From: Lama guanicoe
Taxonomy: Eukaryota
Assembly: GCA_013239625.1 (NCBI GenBank)
Contig: MU053652.1
Location: 7,525,027 to 7,589,026, forward strand
Reading direction: 5' to 3'
DNA length: 64,000 bases
The first letter of the stretch is position 1. Each line of letters begins with the position of its first letter. Made by a program: the position numbers and the translations under genes. Below, piece after piece: positions 25,879-39,199 of the stretch. The notes below the pieces were generated by a model. That model had not been told where the DNA came from. It saw only the letters and a program-made list of their open reading frames with translations, and did not search any database.

Positions 25879-26596
25879 CCCGCTTCTTCTGGGACCTGTG
25901 AGTATACCAGACTGTATTTTCAGTGGTCACTGTATCCTGATCGTTGGCCGCAGCAAAGGTAAAACATTTAAAAGCATTTTAAAACAGTAATTTCAAAACA
26001 CATTGTCTTCCCTGTGTCCTCCATAGTGATGGAGGATAAGACATCCTTCTGGATGAAGTCTCCACTATTTTCTCTTTTACATTTTGGAAGCAGAGGAAGA
26101 ATTACACCGTTTATTTTCGAACAGTTTTATGATAGTTTTTGTTTAAGAATATTTACGTTTGATTCATGCAATCAAGATCTGTTTGCATATTCGCACTCAA
26201 TAATCATATTTACCCAATGCAAGTTTCTGATCAACCTAATTTCAAAAATAACCTTTAACCTACTTAGTATTACATAGCTCAGGATCTCCTCCATTTCCTG
26301 ACCCTTTACCCTTCTTTTGTCCCCACAGGGGGGCCGTCTGAATTCCACGGGCAGATGAGACCTGTTTCCAGATGTTGATGTGAACCTATTTTTAATCAGG
26401 AGATACTGCAGGCTCTCTGATTCAACACCTGGAGTGTGCAGAAGGACATCATCCTTGCCCCTAGTCACTCCCTAGTCCTACACTCAACTCTGGCAGCTAC
26501 TTTAGTCCTGAGTCCTTCCCCAGTTCTCAAAAGTGCCCTAATAAAAAGGGCTTAATAAAATTAAAACAAGTGAAAATAGACAATAATTGAGACTAA

Positions 26597-27235
26597 CATT
26601 GATGAAGAATTAATCAGTCAATCTATGAAAGAAATGGAAAATTTCATTTGAGCCAAATTTGAGGATTATAACCTGGGAGGAGCATGTCAGAAAGCTCTAA
26701 GAACTATTCTGCTGGTTAGAAATCAAGTCACATTATTTTTGCTCTGTTTTGTTTTGTTTTCTGGGGGTTTTTTTTGTGTGTGGGGGGGGGCGGTGGGAGA
26801 GGTAATTAGGTTTATTTACTTATTTAAATGGAGGCACTGGGGATTGAAACCAGGACCTCACACAGGCTAGGCAGGCACTCTACCACTGAGCTATACTCTT
26901 CCTCTAGGGCACAATTTTGTAAGTTTTTTGAGACATATGGCTGTACAGTAAATGACATATTATTGACAGTTTACATTATCCAGATTTAAGTGTCATCCTT
27001 GACCCTTTACAAGATCAAGAAGGAGTGTTATCTTTTAAGGAGCTGTCTTGTTGATGCTAGGAGAGAATCGCTCTTCACGGTTGAGCAGGCATTCCCGCCC
27101 ACGGGGGGCGGTGTGGTGGATGCGTAGTGCAGATACACAGTGCACAGCAGGGAGAGAGGAGGCCAAGGGCAGAGAAGAATTTTTTTATGTTTAAATTTTT
27201 CTTGTCTTGTGATAAAATATGGATTATATTTCACA
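26597..27235 (-). mobile_element. ERV1-class solo LTR containing a SINE insertion
   Basis: 4-bp TSD CTAA (26593-26596 / 27236-27239); right terminus …tttcaca; left terminus mutated (cattga). Confidence 0.8.
26733..26904 (-). mobile_element. Camelid tRNA-derived SINE (Vic-1-like)
   Basis: Reverse strand reads AGTATAGCTCAGTGGTAGAGTGCCTGCCTAGC…GAGGTCCTGGTTTCAATCCCCAG (Pol III A/B-box-like), then AATAAACCTAATTACCTC, C-run and A-rich tail. Confidence 0.9.
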
Positions 27236-27518
27236 CTAAGTTTGCTGAGTAATGCCCGGCAGCCTAGAGTGTGTAAGGCAGGAGAAGCTGCAGGGGGAGC
27301 CATGAGAGCTGTCAGTTAATGGAAAAGGAGATGGAAGTTTGTACTTCAGAGAGTCTGAATCATAAGAGGAACCAGGAGCACTAAGTTACAGCTTCCTCAG
27401 ATCTAGGAATCCTGAGAATTCCTGAAGAGAAAAGAAAAAGGAGTGACTCCAGAAAAAGAAACCATAGGCAAGAGCTGCTTTTTTTGTGTGTGATGAAGTA
27501 GCTTATATGTAGTTTAAG

Positions 27519-28140
27519 TGCTGCAGGAAAATGGGGCATGAGAGGATGCTCCTGTCCCAGGTTCCGTGCGAGTTATTGGGACACACCCTGCCAAGTGAGG
27601 GCCCTTGGCTTCAGGCAGGACAGAATTTGAGAATGAGCCACAATAAAGTGAAAGCAAGTTTACTCAGGGAGATACACACTCCATAGACAGAGTGCAGGCT
27701 GTCTCAGAAGGCAAGAGGGGAGATGGAGTTCCCTTGGAAAATGAGAGCAGCTTAGGACATATACATCCCATAGACGGAATTCAGTCTCTCTCAGAAGGGA
27801 GAGCAGCCCCAGGGCACGGGGTGTTTAGTTTTTAGGGGCTCTGTAATTGCATATGCTAACAAATGGAAGAATTATTCCAACTGTTTGGGGGAAGAGATGG
27901 GGGTTTCCAGGAATTGGGCCCCTGCCCACTCTTTGGCCTTTTATGGTTAGTGTCACGGCACCTGTGGGTGTGTCATTTAGCAAGCTTATCCATTACAGTG
28001 AGTGTATAATGAGGCTCAAGGTCCACTGAAGTTGAACCTTCCACCATCTTGGGCTTTGCTGGTTCTAACCAGTTAACCTATCCTCAATTCTTTGTCATTT
28101 TTTTAATGGCTATGCCCTGCTCTCCTTCCCTCCTGTCTCA
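27519..28140 (-). mobile_element. ERV1-class solo LTR, 622 bp
   Basis: TG…CA termini (minus strand starts TGAGACAGGA); exact 4-bp TSD TAAG (27515-27518 / 28141-28144). Confidence 0.85.
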
Positions 28141-29450
28141 TAAGTGCCTAGAATGAAAGGATTAGAAGAATTCCGCCCTTACCATTTCTAAAAAATTTTG
28201 GTTGCTGAGATTGCCAGAAAGTAGCACTGTATGAAGACAGAGGAACGTGCATCAACACCAGCAATGTCCCCGGGGTATGTCTGGTGAATGCGTAGCCTCA
28301 GTCTTAAAATGGAAGAAGGAAGAGAAGCGAAGTGATTAAACTGAATTGTGCATTTGAATTGGGTATACATGTATTTGAAATCTCACACTGGAAGACTTGT
28401 GTAGAATTCTAAGCTGACCTGAAAAAGTAATATTAAAATTGCCTGAGTGAAAAAGCAGGAATTGAAGGTCACTGGTGGAGAAGTTAAATAAGAAGCAACT
28501 CAGGAACATTGTTCATCCAGGGGTTGGATTTTGTTAATTTTGGGATCCTGTTCCTGGTGACCTTGATCTCCTATGTGTAGCATACCATCTGCTGGAGAGT
28601 GACAGGACAGCCGGTTGTATTCAGAAGAGTCTGAGACAGCTGGTGAGATCACAGAACCTGGGAGGCAGCAAGGGAGGCAGGGAGGCAGTCCCTCGCACGG
28701 CAGGGGTCAGAGCCACAGCCCCAGGGCTTTCGCGGGCTTCCCCAGCGTGATTCCCCAGCGCTGTGCAGAACTCTGAGAGAACATCGTCCTCTTCAATAGA
28801 TAACTATGTGAAAAATCTGGTGGGAGAAAAGGAAGAAAGAAGAAGAAAAGTCAAAACAGAGTGGGACAGGTCCCATGGGGAGAGAGCATATAGAAGGACT
28901 GGTGCTCATTCACAGTGTCTCCCCTCTCCAACTCATAGATCAGCAGGATGGAGGGGGAGCCGCTGCGCTTCACTCTCTTTCGAGACTTCTTACGCAAAAG
29001 TGAAAGCAAGCAAGACTTTTAGTATTACCTTAAAAAAACTTTTCTTTTACATTACAGCAAGGTTGTTTGTTATGAAAAGCATATTTATCAAAGCTATAGG
29101 GGTATTATTTTTAAAGCCTTGCGTCTCTGTGTTCTTTTAAAAGGCTATGTTCCCATATCGTATATCGAAAATGCTGTCTGCACAGCAAGTGACGTCCTTG
29201 AATGGAATAAATTGTACTTCCCTTGGAGATAGAAGTTATATATTCAAAGGAAACTTTTAGAAAAAAACTGTAAGTCTCTAAGATGAATTTTGTGTGCTGT
29301 GACAAAATAAATTATTCTTTTAAAGAGGTTTGGCTTTGCTGGTTGAGTCAGCTTTTAGTGAGTTAACTAAACAGTTTTTGCATCTGCCATCTTTATTGTA
29401 TTTTGCAGATCTAGACATCTATTTGAATAATTATAAGCATATTAGATTTA

Positions 29451-29521
29451 AGTATATATACATATAGATACACTATTTGAATATATATATGTGTATGTGT
29501 ATATATACACCTGCATACATA
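29451..29521. repeat. Degenerate (TA/CA)n simple repeat
   Basis: Direct observation. Confidence 0.8.
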
Positions 29522-32500
29522 GGAATGGACTATAGTTTGGCCTGCTGACAATACACAATGTTTAGTCTTGGTGAACACTGCTATATCTGCATGCAGCAGG
29601 GATCATGCAAAAGCATTTCCAAGAGTCTCCTGCAAAGCACATGCAGCAATAATTTGTTTTCCTCCTTCCATGATGGCACCATGGGTTGGAGTGTCCATCA
29701 GTGGGGACCTGGAGATCATATTCCACTCTCTGGTCAATGTCTCCAGCCCATGTCCACAGTCTGCTTTGTTAATATTCAGGAAGACTTGTAGCAGAATGCA
29801 TGAAATCTGTTTGGAAAAAATGGGATCTTGTGCACATTCATCATATTAGTCAAGGTATGAGTTATTTCTTTCAGCATTCACACTGGCATATTACCAATTA
29901 TTTTTCATTTAACAAATACAAAATTGTCTTTCCAAGATTTATGATAATTTTAATAGGCCAAACATATGTATTGATTCTTAATATTTAATAACCCTTGTTT
30001 GATATCTGGGGGGGTTTGATATGTATTCTCTTGAATAATGCTGTAGGATTACTGTCCCTCTGGAATCTCTGTATTCAGATATATATTTGGACACTCATCC
30101 AATTTAGTTCATACCTGTATGCAGTATGGACATATAAACTGAAAACAAAAGGCATAAAAGAGCTTAAGCTTACAAAGTAGAGTGAAATGGGGAGAATTCA
30201 ATCAATAGCACAAAATTTATATCTTTCAATTCTTTATTATCTGGGTGGAACTTACCAATGAGACATTAATTAGCCATATGTTATTTCAAAAACTATCTCC
30301 TCAATTGTGTGGCAACACCCCAATTATAGGAAATGATAAGGACCATTTAATACACGCAAATTGCCACAGCACCAGGGAATTAGAGGGTAGATGGAACCGT
30401 AACACCTTGCTGTAGAAGATGGTCCATCTGTAGAGAGATTTATGACTGTGTCCTATAGCAGTCCTTGCCAAGGGCAGGTCCACCTCACTCCATTACCTGT
30501 GGACATATGCAAAAAGCCTATTTCTTAAATGATCTGACAGCAAACCCATATTAACACGCTAAGAAAACAAACAGTAAAAGCCTATGGTTAAACTGTGTGG
30601 AAAAATGTGGCCAGTTAAATGCCCACGCACCATGACTAAATCAATACAGACTGAGGCAAAGAGAAAGAAAAAAAAAACAGATTTCACACACCAACATTGC
30701 TACAGTCTCTCTAAACACAAGCATCTCTAGGCTGGAATTTAACAACAACAGAAAGTCACAAAAATAGCTTTTTTAAAGAACTATTCCATCTTGCCAACCA
30801 CAACTGACAGATATTTTATTTTTTAGTACAAGTATAAATTTAACATAAAGCATAAAAATTGCAGGAAGATTCTTAAGGGCTAACATCTGTGGATGATATA
30901 CTAGGACGTCTTATTCTCTCTCTCCTGCTTATGAGGCGGCATCCTCCTTATACAGATAACACGATAAAAGCACTGGCATAGATAGATCAAGTGGTATCAA
31001 CCGTTAAGGGAGGCTCACGCAGGGATGGGCACCTTTGGAAAGACTGGGTTTTCCCTAGGGTTAGGGAGGTTTTTGCTGCATTTTCCTTGGCATAATTAGA
31101 TCAAAGGAAAAAAAAAGGCATATTAATATTGACACAGGACATGATAATTGGGAAATTCTAATTAAGAAATCAGGAAAGATAGCATGCCTTGATTACTGTT
31201 ATTGATTTCCTTTAATCTACTTGAATAATTAAGTTCCTTGAGTGCAGGGCTTATATTTCTTTATCTTTGGATCTTCTAGTGACCCAGATGGAATGCTTTA
31301 TTTGAGTAAGTGTTCAATATATATCTAGCAAATCGTAGTATATTCAAATTTCATGATTCTTGGGGTTTGAAGAATTGGACCAGAAAGGCCACTTCAATCA
31401 ACATATTTATATGCTAAGAATTCTGCTTTGTTTGGAGCAGAATGCCAAAGACACATTTCACAAATATTGTTGTTTATTTTCCTTGCTGGAAGAAATTAAT
31501 ACAGACTTGGGATTTTAGGACTTGGAAGTGTTCCCTGCTCTTTGGGACTTTTCAAACTGTTACACAGCGTTGGTGTGCCCTGGAGGTGTCTCAGGGGCTG
31601 ACTGGAAAGGTACCAGAGGTTCCTACCTCTGCTCTAACCAGAGCAGCTGCACTTTTATTTGCTTTTCATATTGCAAAATCTTGTTTGAAAATATATGAAA
31701 ATCTAGTCTAAAACATCCATTTCTGAGAATTTGTATTTAAACAACTTGAGGTAAGGCCAATAACCATTTTTAAGTGGCTTATGCCTGTAATGAATAAGTA
31801 AATGCTACAACTGTTTTTATAATTGCATGCATTTCTTATAACTTCTTGTACTAACAAACTTTTATTAAATTTACTGGTAAGCATTGCTGACATTCAGTTG
31901 TAACACTCCCATGGACATGAACTTGTTGGTGTCATTTCTGATTGGTCAGTGCTCATGATAAAGCAATTGCTATATAGTTTAATATAATCACTGCAGCTAT
32001 AGACCATATGATCTTAACTAAGTTTCATAAAATATTCCCTACTTGTAGATATGAGGATGAGATTTTTTTTTTAAAAAGATCCCTAAAGATGGGCAATAAG
32101 AAAAAGTAAAAAGGTTATAAAGTAGAGAGAGAAGTTGAAAACTAGAACACAGATTAGCGCCCCCATCAGTCCCCTGAGGGAAATCTTGTCTGGTCAAAGT
32201 CAAGCTCACCATTCCTATAACAGACCATTTTCTCCAACTATCAGAGACTTTGACTCATCACAAGGGTTGGACAACTCAGAAATAGCTACTCTTTAAAAAA
32301 AATATATTGGGGACATCATTTTTAGGTCACTGAAAAAGAATACTCATCTCTAAGCCCAATTCTAGAATTTCAGTACGTTGTTCAGTCTGAAGTATTTCGT
32401 CTACAAGAGGACAAGGTGGGAATGGGGTGGCTGGAATTGCAACTGCCTATTTTAAAACAGAAAATATGAACACTGAGTAAATATACTCAGTTTGTGGGTA

Positions 32501-34866
32501 GATAGACAATGTCAAGGCAGTTCTGATTGTTCTGCCTTATTAACATGGGTGCATATGACTCCCTTGTTTCCAAGAGACCAGAAAAAGCAAGACTAGTGCT
32601 TGAATTGGATGCTTGAATTGGATTAAGTAAACAGGCCAGGAAAAACTTGAGTGGGGGATTATCTTGAGGGAGGTTGTTGGAATAAACATAGCATTACTGT
32701 AGAAGTTTACAGGCTTTTCATGTACATTATTTTATATAATACTTTAAAAAATCTTTCGTAGGAGAAAGGGCTATTATGCTTCTTTACTGATAAAAAACTG
32801 TAATTCCAAAAAGTTAGTTACGTTGTCTCAGGTCGTAAAGTTAGTACATGGTGAAGCGGAGAGTCAAACTCAAAACCTCTTATTCTAAGTTTAGAATTAT
32901 CTTCATGTCATTGTTATGGTTTCATACCATTCTAGATGCCAAAAAAGATATTACTAATTGATCTCTGTAATTATATTGTTACTTGCTTTCCTTTATAAAG
33001 ACGAAAGCAACCTTTAGTATAAAATGGGTTTCTTATGGTTCTAGGTAGTAAGACTAGTCATGTCAGCTACAGATCACAAAAATTTATATTCCCTGACCTC
33101 ATGACCATGATAGACCCACTAAGTTAACTTTAACAGTAGTAAGACATTATCTTTGTTCTGAGATATGTTAAACATGGACTGACAAACATAACTACATAAA
33201 TTAAATCCTTAATTAGACTTTTTTCCCCCTGTATTATATGAGATCAAAATAGACAGGCTGGCTTTTTTAAACCTGGGCCATAACCAGCACTGGGGATCAA
33301 AAGGAAAAGCTTCTGTTAACACTAATGGCTCATTTCCCAACTGGTGTAAGTTTCCAACCAGATAGAAATCATTCTTCCTTTTAAACTCGGCAATCTCAGA
33401 CAGTTAAAAATGTTTGTTGTTGTTATTGTTGTATTGCTGTTGAAAAGCAGTAAGTGCTTTTAATGGATTCCCTACAAAAAAAAGTTTCATCATTCCAAGT
33501 AAGTCTTTTCTTTAAAATAAAGGATGAACAGTTATTTCTCCTAAACTACTTTTATTTTTTTCTTAGAATTGAAGAAAATCAGTTCATTAGGTTTTTATTA
33601 TTATTAACAAAAGATAAGTTTCCCTCTCAGAATCTTATGAGCTAATTCAAATTGACAATCATTGACAAAAGCGATAAAAAGTGCAGGAAAAGTGGTTTTG
33701 TTTTCAAGAGCTGTCAAGGAGATATGAATGTTAAAATAACTGGAGAAAATTATTAATAAAAGGATAAGTATTAGAAACATACAATACTGTGTCAAATTAC
33801 ACTGCATTGGATAAACCAATTCAGTGAATCACTTCCTGATTGGCAATGTACTTAACCAAAGGAAAAGTGTGAAAATGAACAAAAGAAATATATCCAAAGA
33901 GCTACTAAGATTGGAGTGACAGGTGGAGAGATGAAATGTACCAGGAAGTGAAGGAATTGTGTGTATGAGTGAGTTGTGTGTCAAATCTGCAAGGAACTGA
34001 ATGCCATTCAGACTCTGAAAAATAAAGATAGGAATGTATTGCTGAAAGAATAATGCTCAAAATGAAACTGATTGAGGCATTTGGAATATTAAACAAAAGT
34101 TCCATTCCATTCCATAAAGCCATGGAATTTGCATCGAAAGTCAGCTTTACCAGAAAGGATGTTAGATCATGTCCAATATCATATGCCTGATCTTACGTGA
34201 AAATAAAGCAAAGTAAAAAAAAAATAAAGCCCAATCTTATATGAAAGTTGCTATTGAACCTATGTAAATATGAATGTAATAAAATGGATAGGTGTTTATT
34301 TCCTGAGATACCCTAGTCTGCCAAAAATTCTGAGAAGATAAATGGAAGGTTGCTTCCAAAGACAGTTGTCAAACATTTATTTGAAAAATTATTAAATAAA
34401 TAGGCTATTGTAATTTATTATGAAATGTCACATGTTCAGTTTAGCTACTTGCAATAAATTATTAGGAGGAAACAATACATAATAACACGTAGTGAAATCT
34501 TTCTAAGTATCAGGTTCTTTCATTGTACAAAATACTGATATATTTGGTACTTCAAGGGGGAAAAGAAAAGCTGCCTATTGCTTCATTGGCTGAGCTGAGC
34601 AGTTAATAACTATGCACAATTTAAAACACCTTGAGCAGATGAGGAGCATGATACATACCTGGTTTGTTTTACATTAGAGAAAAGATAATACTTTACACCT
34701 AATGCAGTGATACCAACCTGATAATAACTCTGAGTTCCAACAGGGATAAATCTCATCATTTTAATATTTAGCTACATAAATAAATAAAACTAGTAATCAA
34801 AGGATTAGTAAATCTTTAGGAAAAACTTGGTAACACTGAGGAAAGGTTTACTTTAAATGGTCACCC

Positions 34867-35532
34867 TGATCCAGCAATCCCACTCCTGGGCATATATCCA
34901 GAGGAAACTCCAATTTGAAAAGATACATGCACCCCAATGTTCATGGCAGAACTATTTACAGAAACCAAGACATGGAAATAACCTAAATGACCATCAAGGG
35001 ATGACTGGATAAAGAAGCTGTGATACACACACACACACACACACACACACACCCCATACACACTACTCAGCCATAAAAAAGGATAAAATAAAGCTATTTG
35101 CAGCAACATGGATGGACCTGGAGATTGTCATACTAAGTGAAGTAAGTCAGACAGGGAAAGAAAAATACCACATAATACCACTTATAAGTGGAATCTGAAA
35201 AAAAAAAAGGATACAAATGAAGTATTTACAAAACAGACTCATGGACATAACAAACAAACTTACGATTACCATGGGTAAAGGAGTGGGAAGGGATAAATTG
35301 GGAGTTCGAGACTTGTGGGTACTAACTACTATATATATAAAATAGATAAACAGCAAGTTTCTACTGTATAGCACCATATCCTATTGTATAGGAACTATAT
35401 TCCATACCTTATAATGAAAAAGAATATGAAAAGGAATATATGCACATGTATAACTGAATTACTATGCTGTACACCAGGAATTAACACAACATTGTAAATT
35501 GACTATACTTCAATAACAAACAAATAAATAAG
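34867..35532 (+). mobile_element. 5'-truncated L1 (ORF2 C-terminal remnant plus 3' UTR) with 16-bp TSD
   Basis: Translates to DPAIPLLGIYPEETPI*KDTCTPMF… (L1 ORF2 C-terminus with stops); TSD TAAATGGTCACCCTGA at 34854-34869 and 35533-35548; internal (CA)n at about 35024-35051. Confidence 0.95.
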
Positions 35533-35639
35533 TAAATGGTCACCCTGAGCAGGTAATTAGTTACCTTGGGCTCAGTTACTTACTCTTATAAAAATATAAT
35601 TTCTTTTGTGAAAATATAACCAGACTGTAAACTCTTTCT

Positions 35640-36010
35640 AATCCACTGTCCAGCAGTTGTAGCATCTTAGGTTTCATCTTGGACCCCTTTGTGCCCTTAA
35701 TATCTCTTGAAACCATTTTTATTGATTTTCATCTCCTCTGTCAACATCATACTTCTCCTGAATTACTGGACCAGCCCCTGCACTGACCTCTCTGCCTCCT
35801 GCCTTGCCCTTGACCCATGTATGCATCGTGCTGCAGGGAAGGGCGTGAACAGCTTATAACACTGTACTGTCTTGCCTCCTACTTTGTGTCACCGTGCTTT
35901 TGAGGAATAGAAATAGTGTCTCCAACACCATTACATCCCTAATATCTGGGACTTATTATACACTGGTACAATATTTTTTAAATCAATTAATGAACAGATG
36001 GTTGGATAGA
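35640..36010 (+). mobile_element. L2 fragment
   Basis: ttctcctgaattactggaccagcccc…ctctctgcctcc… ending aatgaacagatggttggatagatg. Confidence 0.6.
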
Positions 36011-38494
36011 TGCCTGGGAAAGTCCTATATTTATGGTAACACAATTATAAATGATTAGTACAAAGAGATGTTACCTCTAGCAGTACAGTTCTGGTGCATC
36101 ATAAAGTAGACACAATTTCACCAAACTAGCTATAAAAATTTAATGTGGATTTGTAGCATTGCCTTATGGGTAAATTCATTCCAAATTCCAAATAACTGAA
36201 AAATAGCACAGACTTTTACTTACCACACATGCCAGTCATAAAGTAGAGTTTGTTACTTTTAAAATACATAGCATCTATTAAAACTAATAAAGTCTATGAA
36301 AATCATGAAATACTAGAGATTAATAAAAACAGAATGTTTTCTCTACTGAAGTTGGAATGTCATGTCAGGAGAGTAGAAATAAAATGATTAATGGAGGATC
36401 TGGGAAAATGGATGGTGAACCCAAGCAAATAATTACAGATATAGATTGTACTGTCTCCATTTTCAGTGTGACAGGTGAGATGTACCACCCTGCCATGGAA
36501 TTCTGTGCAAGCACTGCTTTTAAAATCTTCTAGATTTTTTTTTAAATTTTGTCCACCTTAACTGACAGGCCATAAATAAATGTTGACATGGCATTACTGC
36601 GTGTCTGTTTCACTTCACTAATTTTTGGATTTTTTTCCTAGAAAACGATATAGGATAGCAAAAGAAAAGGTAGCAGGAAATTTTTTTTTTTAATTCTTGA
36701 GACCTTGGTCACTGATGGGGATGCTTCTCTCAGAAAGATTAATTATAAATGGAATGACTAAAGACTGTCCTTAATTTCTTTATTGATAAAATTCCAGGTG
36801 AGATAAGCTAGCCCTAAAACATTGTGCTTCTTCAAAGTGTTTCTTTAGGCTTTATTAAAGTTGTCGAAGTCCAGAAGTCAGGATGATCCTTTATAATCTT
36901 CAAATGTCCAATGAAATTTCTAATACTCTCAGTCATATATATTCTCTTGGGAGAAACTCAGTAACAAATTCATTCAAGGGACTTGTTGAGTCAAACTAGA
37001 TAAACCTGAAGAGGATGAATGGATGCAAGAGAAATATCTAACTGTTGCACAAAACTGCCAGCTGATAAGAATCACTGTTAATTATTAACCCCATCTAATA
37101 ACACCCCATAATTCTATAATTCTTTCAACAATGGTAAATTTTTCAAATAAGAGTGATCTTGATTTGTTTTAACTGGAAGACTATACAGTATTCTGAAGTT
37201 TATGGAAACTAAAGGTGTGAAAAGAGGTAAAGCTAGAGAACACATGAAAAAAATGATCAAATCAAATAAAAGTAAGTAGCTGCGATTCAAAAAAGATGCA
37301 GTATCACTTGTTCACTACAAAGAGAACAGTCATGGAAATGCATCAGCAGTACTTCTGGTAAAAGGAATTGTCCACCAGTCTCTATGGCATTAAGTTAAGA
37401 AGGTTAGGGAAGCATCAAACATTTGGTTGCGAAGCCACGGAAGTAGTTTGTAGCAAATAGTTTGAACCAATTTTTGTATTTCAAACAGTCATTTAACCTA
37501 CTTTTTTTGTATACCAATACAAAAAAGGAACCAAGTTTGATGATTTAATAAATAATTTTCAAGAGCAACTGTGCTGAAATAAGCTTAATATTAGGTAATG
37601 TCTAGTCTCAATGGGTTTTCTTTAGACATTTTACTAAAAAGTATTTAGAAAATAAGATTAAATTTTCATTAATTTAAGACTTTAAAACACTATGTAGACA
37701 AAGGTATACAAAAACAAAAAGGTTAATTACACTACACCTATTTTCAAGGAACTATGGAAAATCCCTAATGTATCTAGCTTATTAGATTTCACCAGCTGTT
37801 ACATGAAATGCCTTTCCCTACAAAATATAAAAAAACAGGTAGTGAATTCCATTGGATATTTTCTCAAGCATAAAGAGATCAATATTCTAGTGTATTTTGT
37901 GTAAGTATACTAATGTCTATTTTATAGAACATAAAACTACATGGTGAATACAGTGCTTGAGTTTGGGACTTACCAGGCTATAATTTGCATGAAGTATGCA
38001 GCAAAATGTTAAAATAACTTAGCTCCCAAAGCATATGGGCAGAATTTATAACCTCCAAATAAAGAACTGTGTAAGCTTGAACAACTAAATCCTTCATAGA
38101 TGACGGAGAAAATGATGTCTCCATGATCCTTTGAGCTTTATCACATGTTACAATTGTTAATTTATTAATTCTACATAGATTTATTGGCCATCTGCTCTGT
38201 GCATAACACTATGCTATCTCTTTTGCTGGCCCATTTAGGTGTTCTATTTTCAGCACATTTTCTGAAGAGAGAAAGGATATAATTTAATATCATCATTTCT
38301 TCATTTACCCATTAGACATATACAGGTTCCCATTTACTGTGTCCCTCTAAAGCAGAGAGGCAGCCCATTTTAACTTGAAAACTTTTAGTTACAAGTTGCT
38401 CACGACCTCATTAAACAGCCCCCCACCACCCTGCTTTGGGGAAACATTCTAATTGTAAGGAATCTTTTTCTCACGTTGAACCTTTGAATAGAAA

Positions 38495-38992
38495 TATGTC
38501 TCATATATATGTATGTGTGTGTGTATATATATATATATATGGAGAGAGAGAGAGAGATTTATTATAAAGAATTGGCTTTCTTGGTTTTGGAGGCTGAGAA
38601 GTCCCAAGGTCTATAATCTATAGTCAGCAAGCTGGAGATGTAGGAGAGCCCAATCGCATAGTTTCAGTCCAAGTCTAAAGGCCTAGGAACCAGTGGTATA
38701 AATTCTACTTTGAATTCAAGTCCAAAGGCAGGAAAAAAAAACAGTGTTCCTGCTCAAAGGCAGTCAGGCAGACAAAGCACATTCTCCCTCTCTCTGCCTT
38801 TTGTTCTATTCAGGCTTTTAACTGATTGGATGAGGGCCAGTCACACTAGAGAGGGCAATCTACTTTACTCAGTCTATCGATTCAATGTTAATCTCATCAA
38901 AAAACTCTCATAAACATATCCAGGATAGTGCTTAACCAAAAATCTGGGCACCCTTAGCTCCATCAAGTTGACACATAAAATTAACCATCACT
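38495..38992 (-). mobile_element. ERVL solo LTR (MLT2B-like) with its (TA)n(GA)n tract
   Basis: gagattttattataaagaattggct…actgattggatgagggcc…gagggcaatctactttactcagtctatcgattcaatgttaatctcatc…caagttgacacataaaattaaccatcac. Confidence 0.9.
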
Positions 38993-39199
38993 CTTATGTT
39001 GTTCCTTGACCAGTTTACTATTCTGAACATGAAATGGACACAACTGTCCAAACACTTTAGCACACCTGCTCAGCATTACTTTAAGTCCTCACTCCAAAAA
39101 CATTGCTAAACTCCAACTGTAGTTAGGAAATTATAGCAATAAGTCTTATATTGGTTATCTGATGATTGTTTGGGGAGGGAATGGTACCAGCAAAGGTGG

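Larger units (their letters stand above)
24616..25986 (+). mobile_element. ERVL-class solo LTR (MER74A-like) interrupted by two younger LTRs
   Basis: Body 25091-25535 and 25879-25986 matches recalled MER74 motifs (gactgcccctcccagg, caggtaccagacaa, ggctcttgcccac, ctgtgagta, ttttaaaaca); 5-bp TSD GTGAT (24611-24615) / GTAAT (25987-25991). Confidence 0.8.

Noticed and set aside
26840..26904. tRNA gene
   Set aside because: The A/B-box-like head continues into a SINE body and tail, so it is a tRNA-derived SINE
31545..32145. Possible hAT/Charlie relic
   Set aside because: Only weak terminal resemblance; family and ends cannot be supported
32597..32622. 13-bp tandem duplication TGCTTGAATTGGA x2
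   Set aside because: Ordinary slippage-type micro-duplication
34861..35377. Minus-strand ORFs of 82 and 76 aa
   Set aside because: Antisense read-through of the L1 fragment and its (CA)n tract
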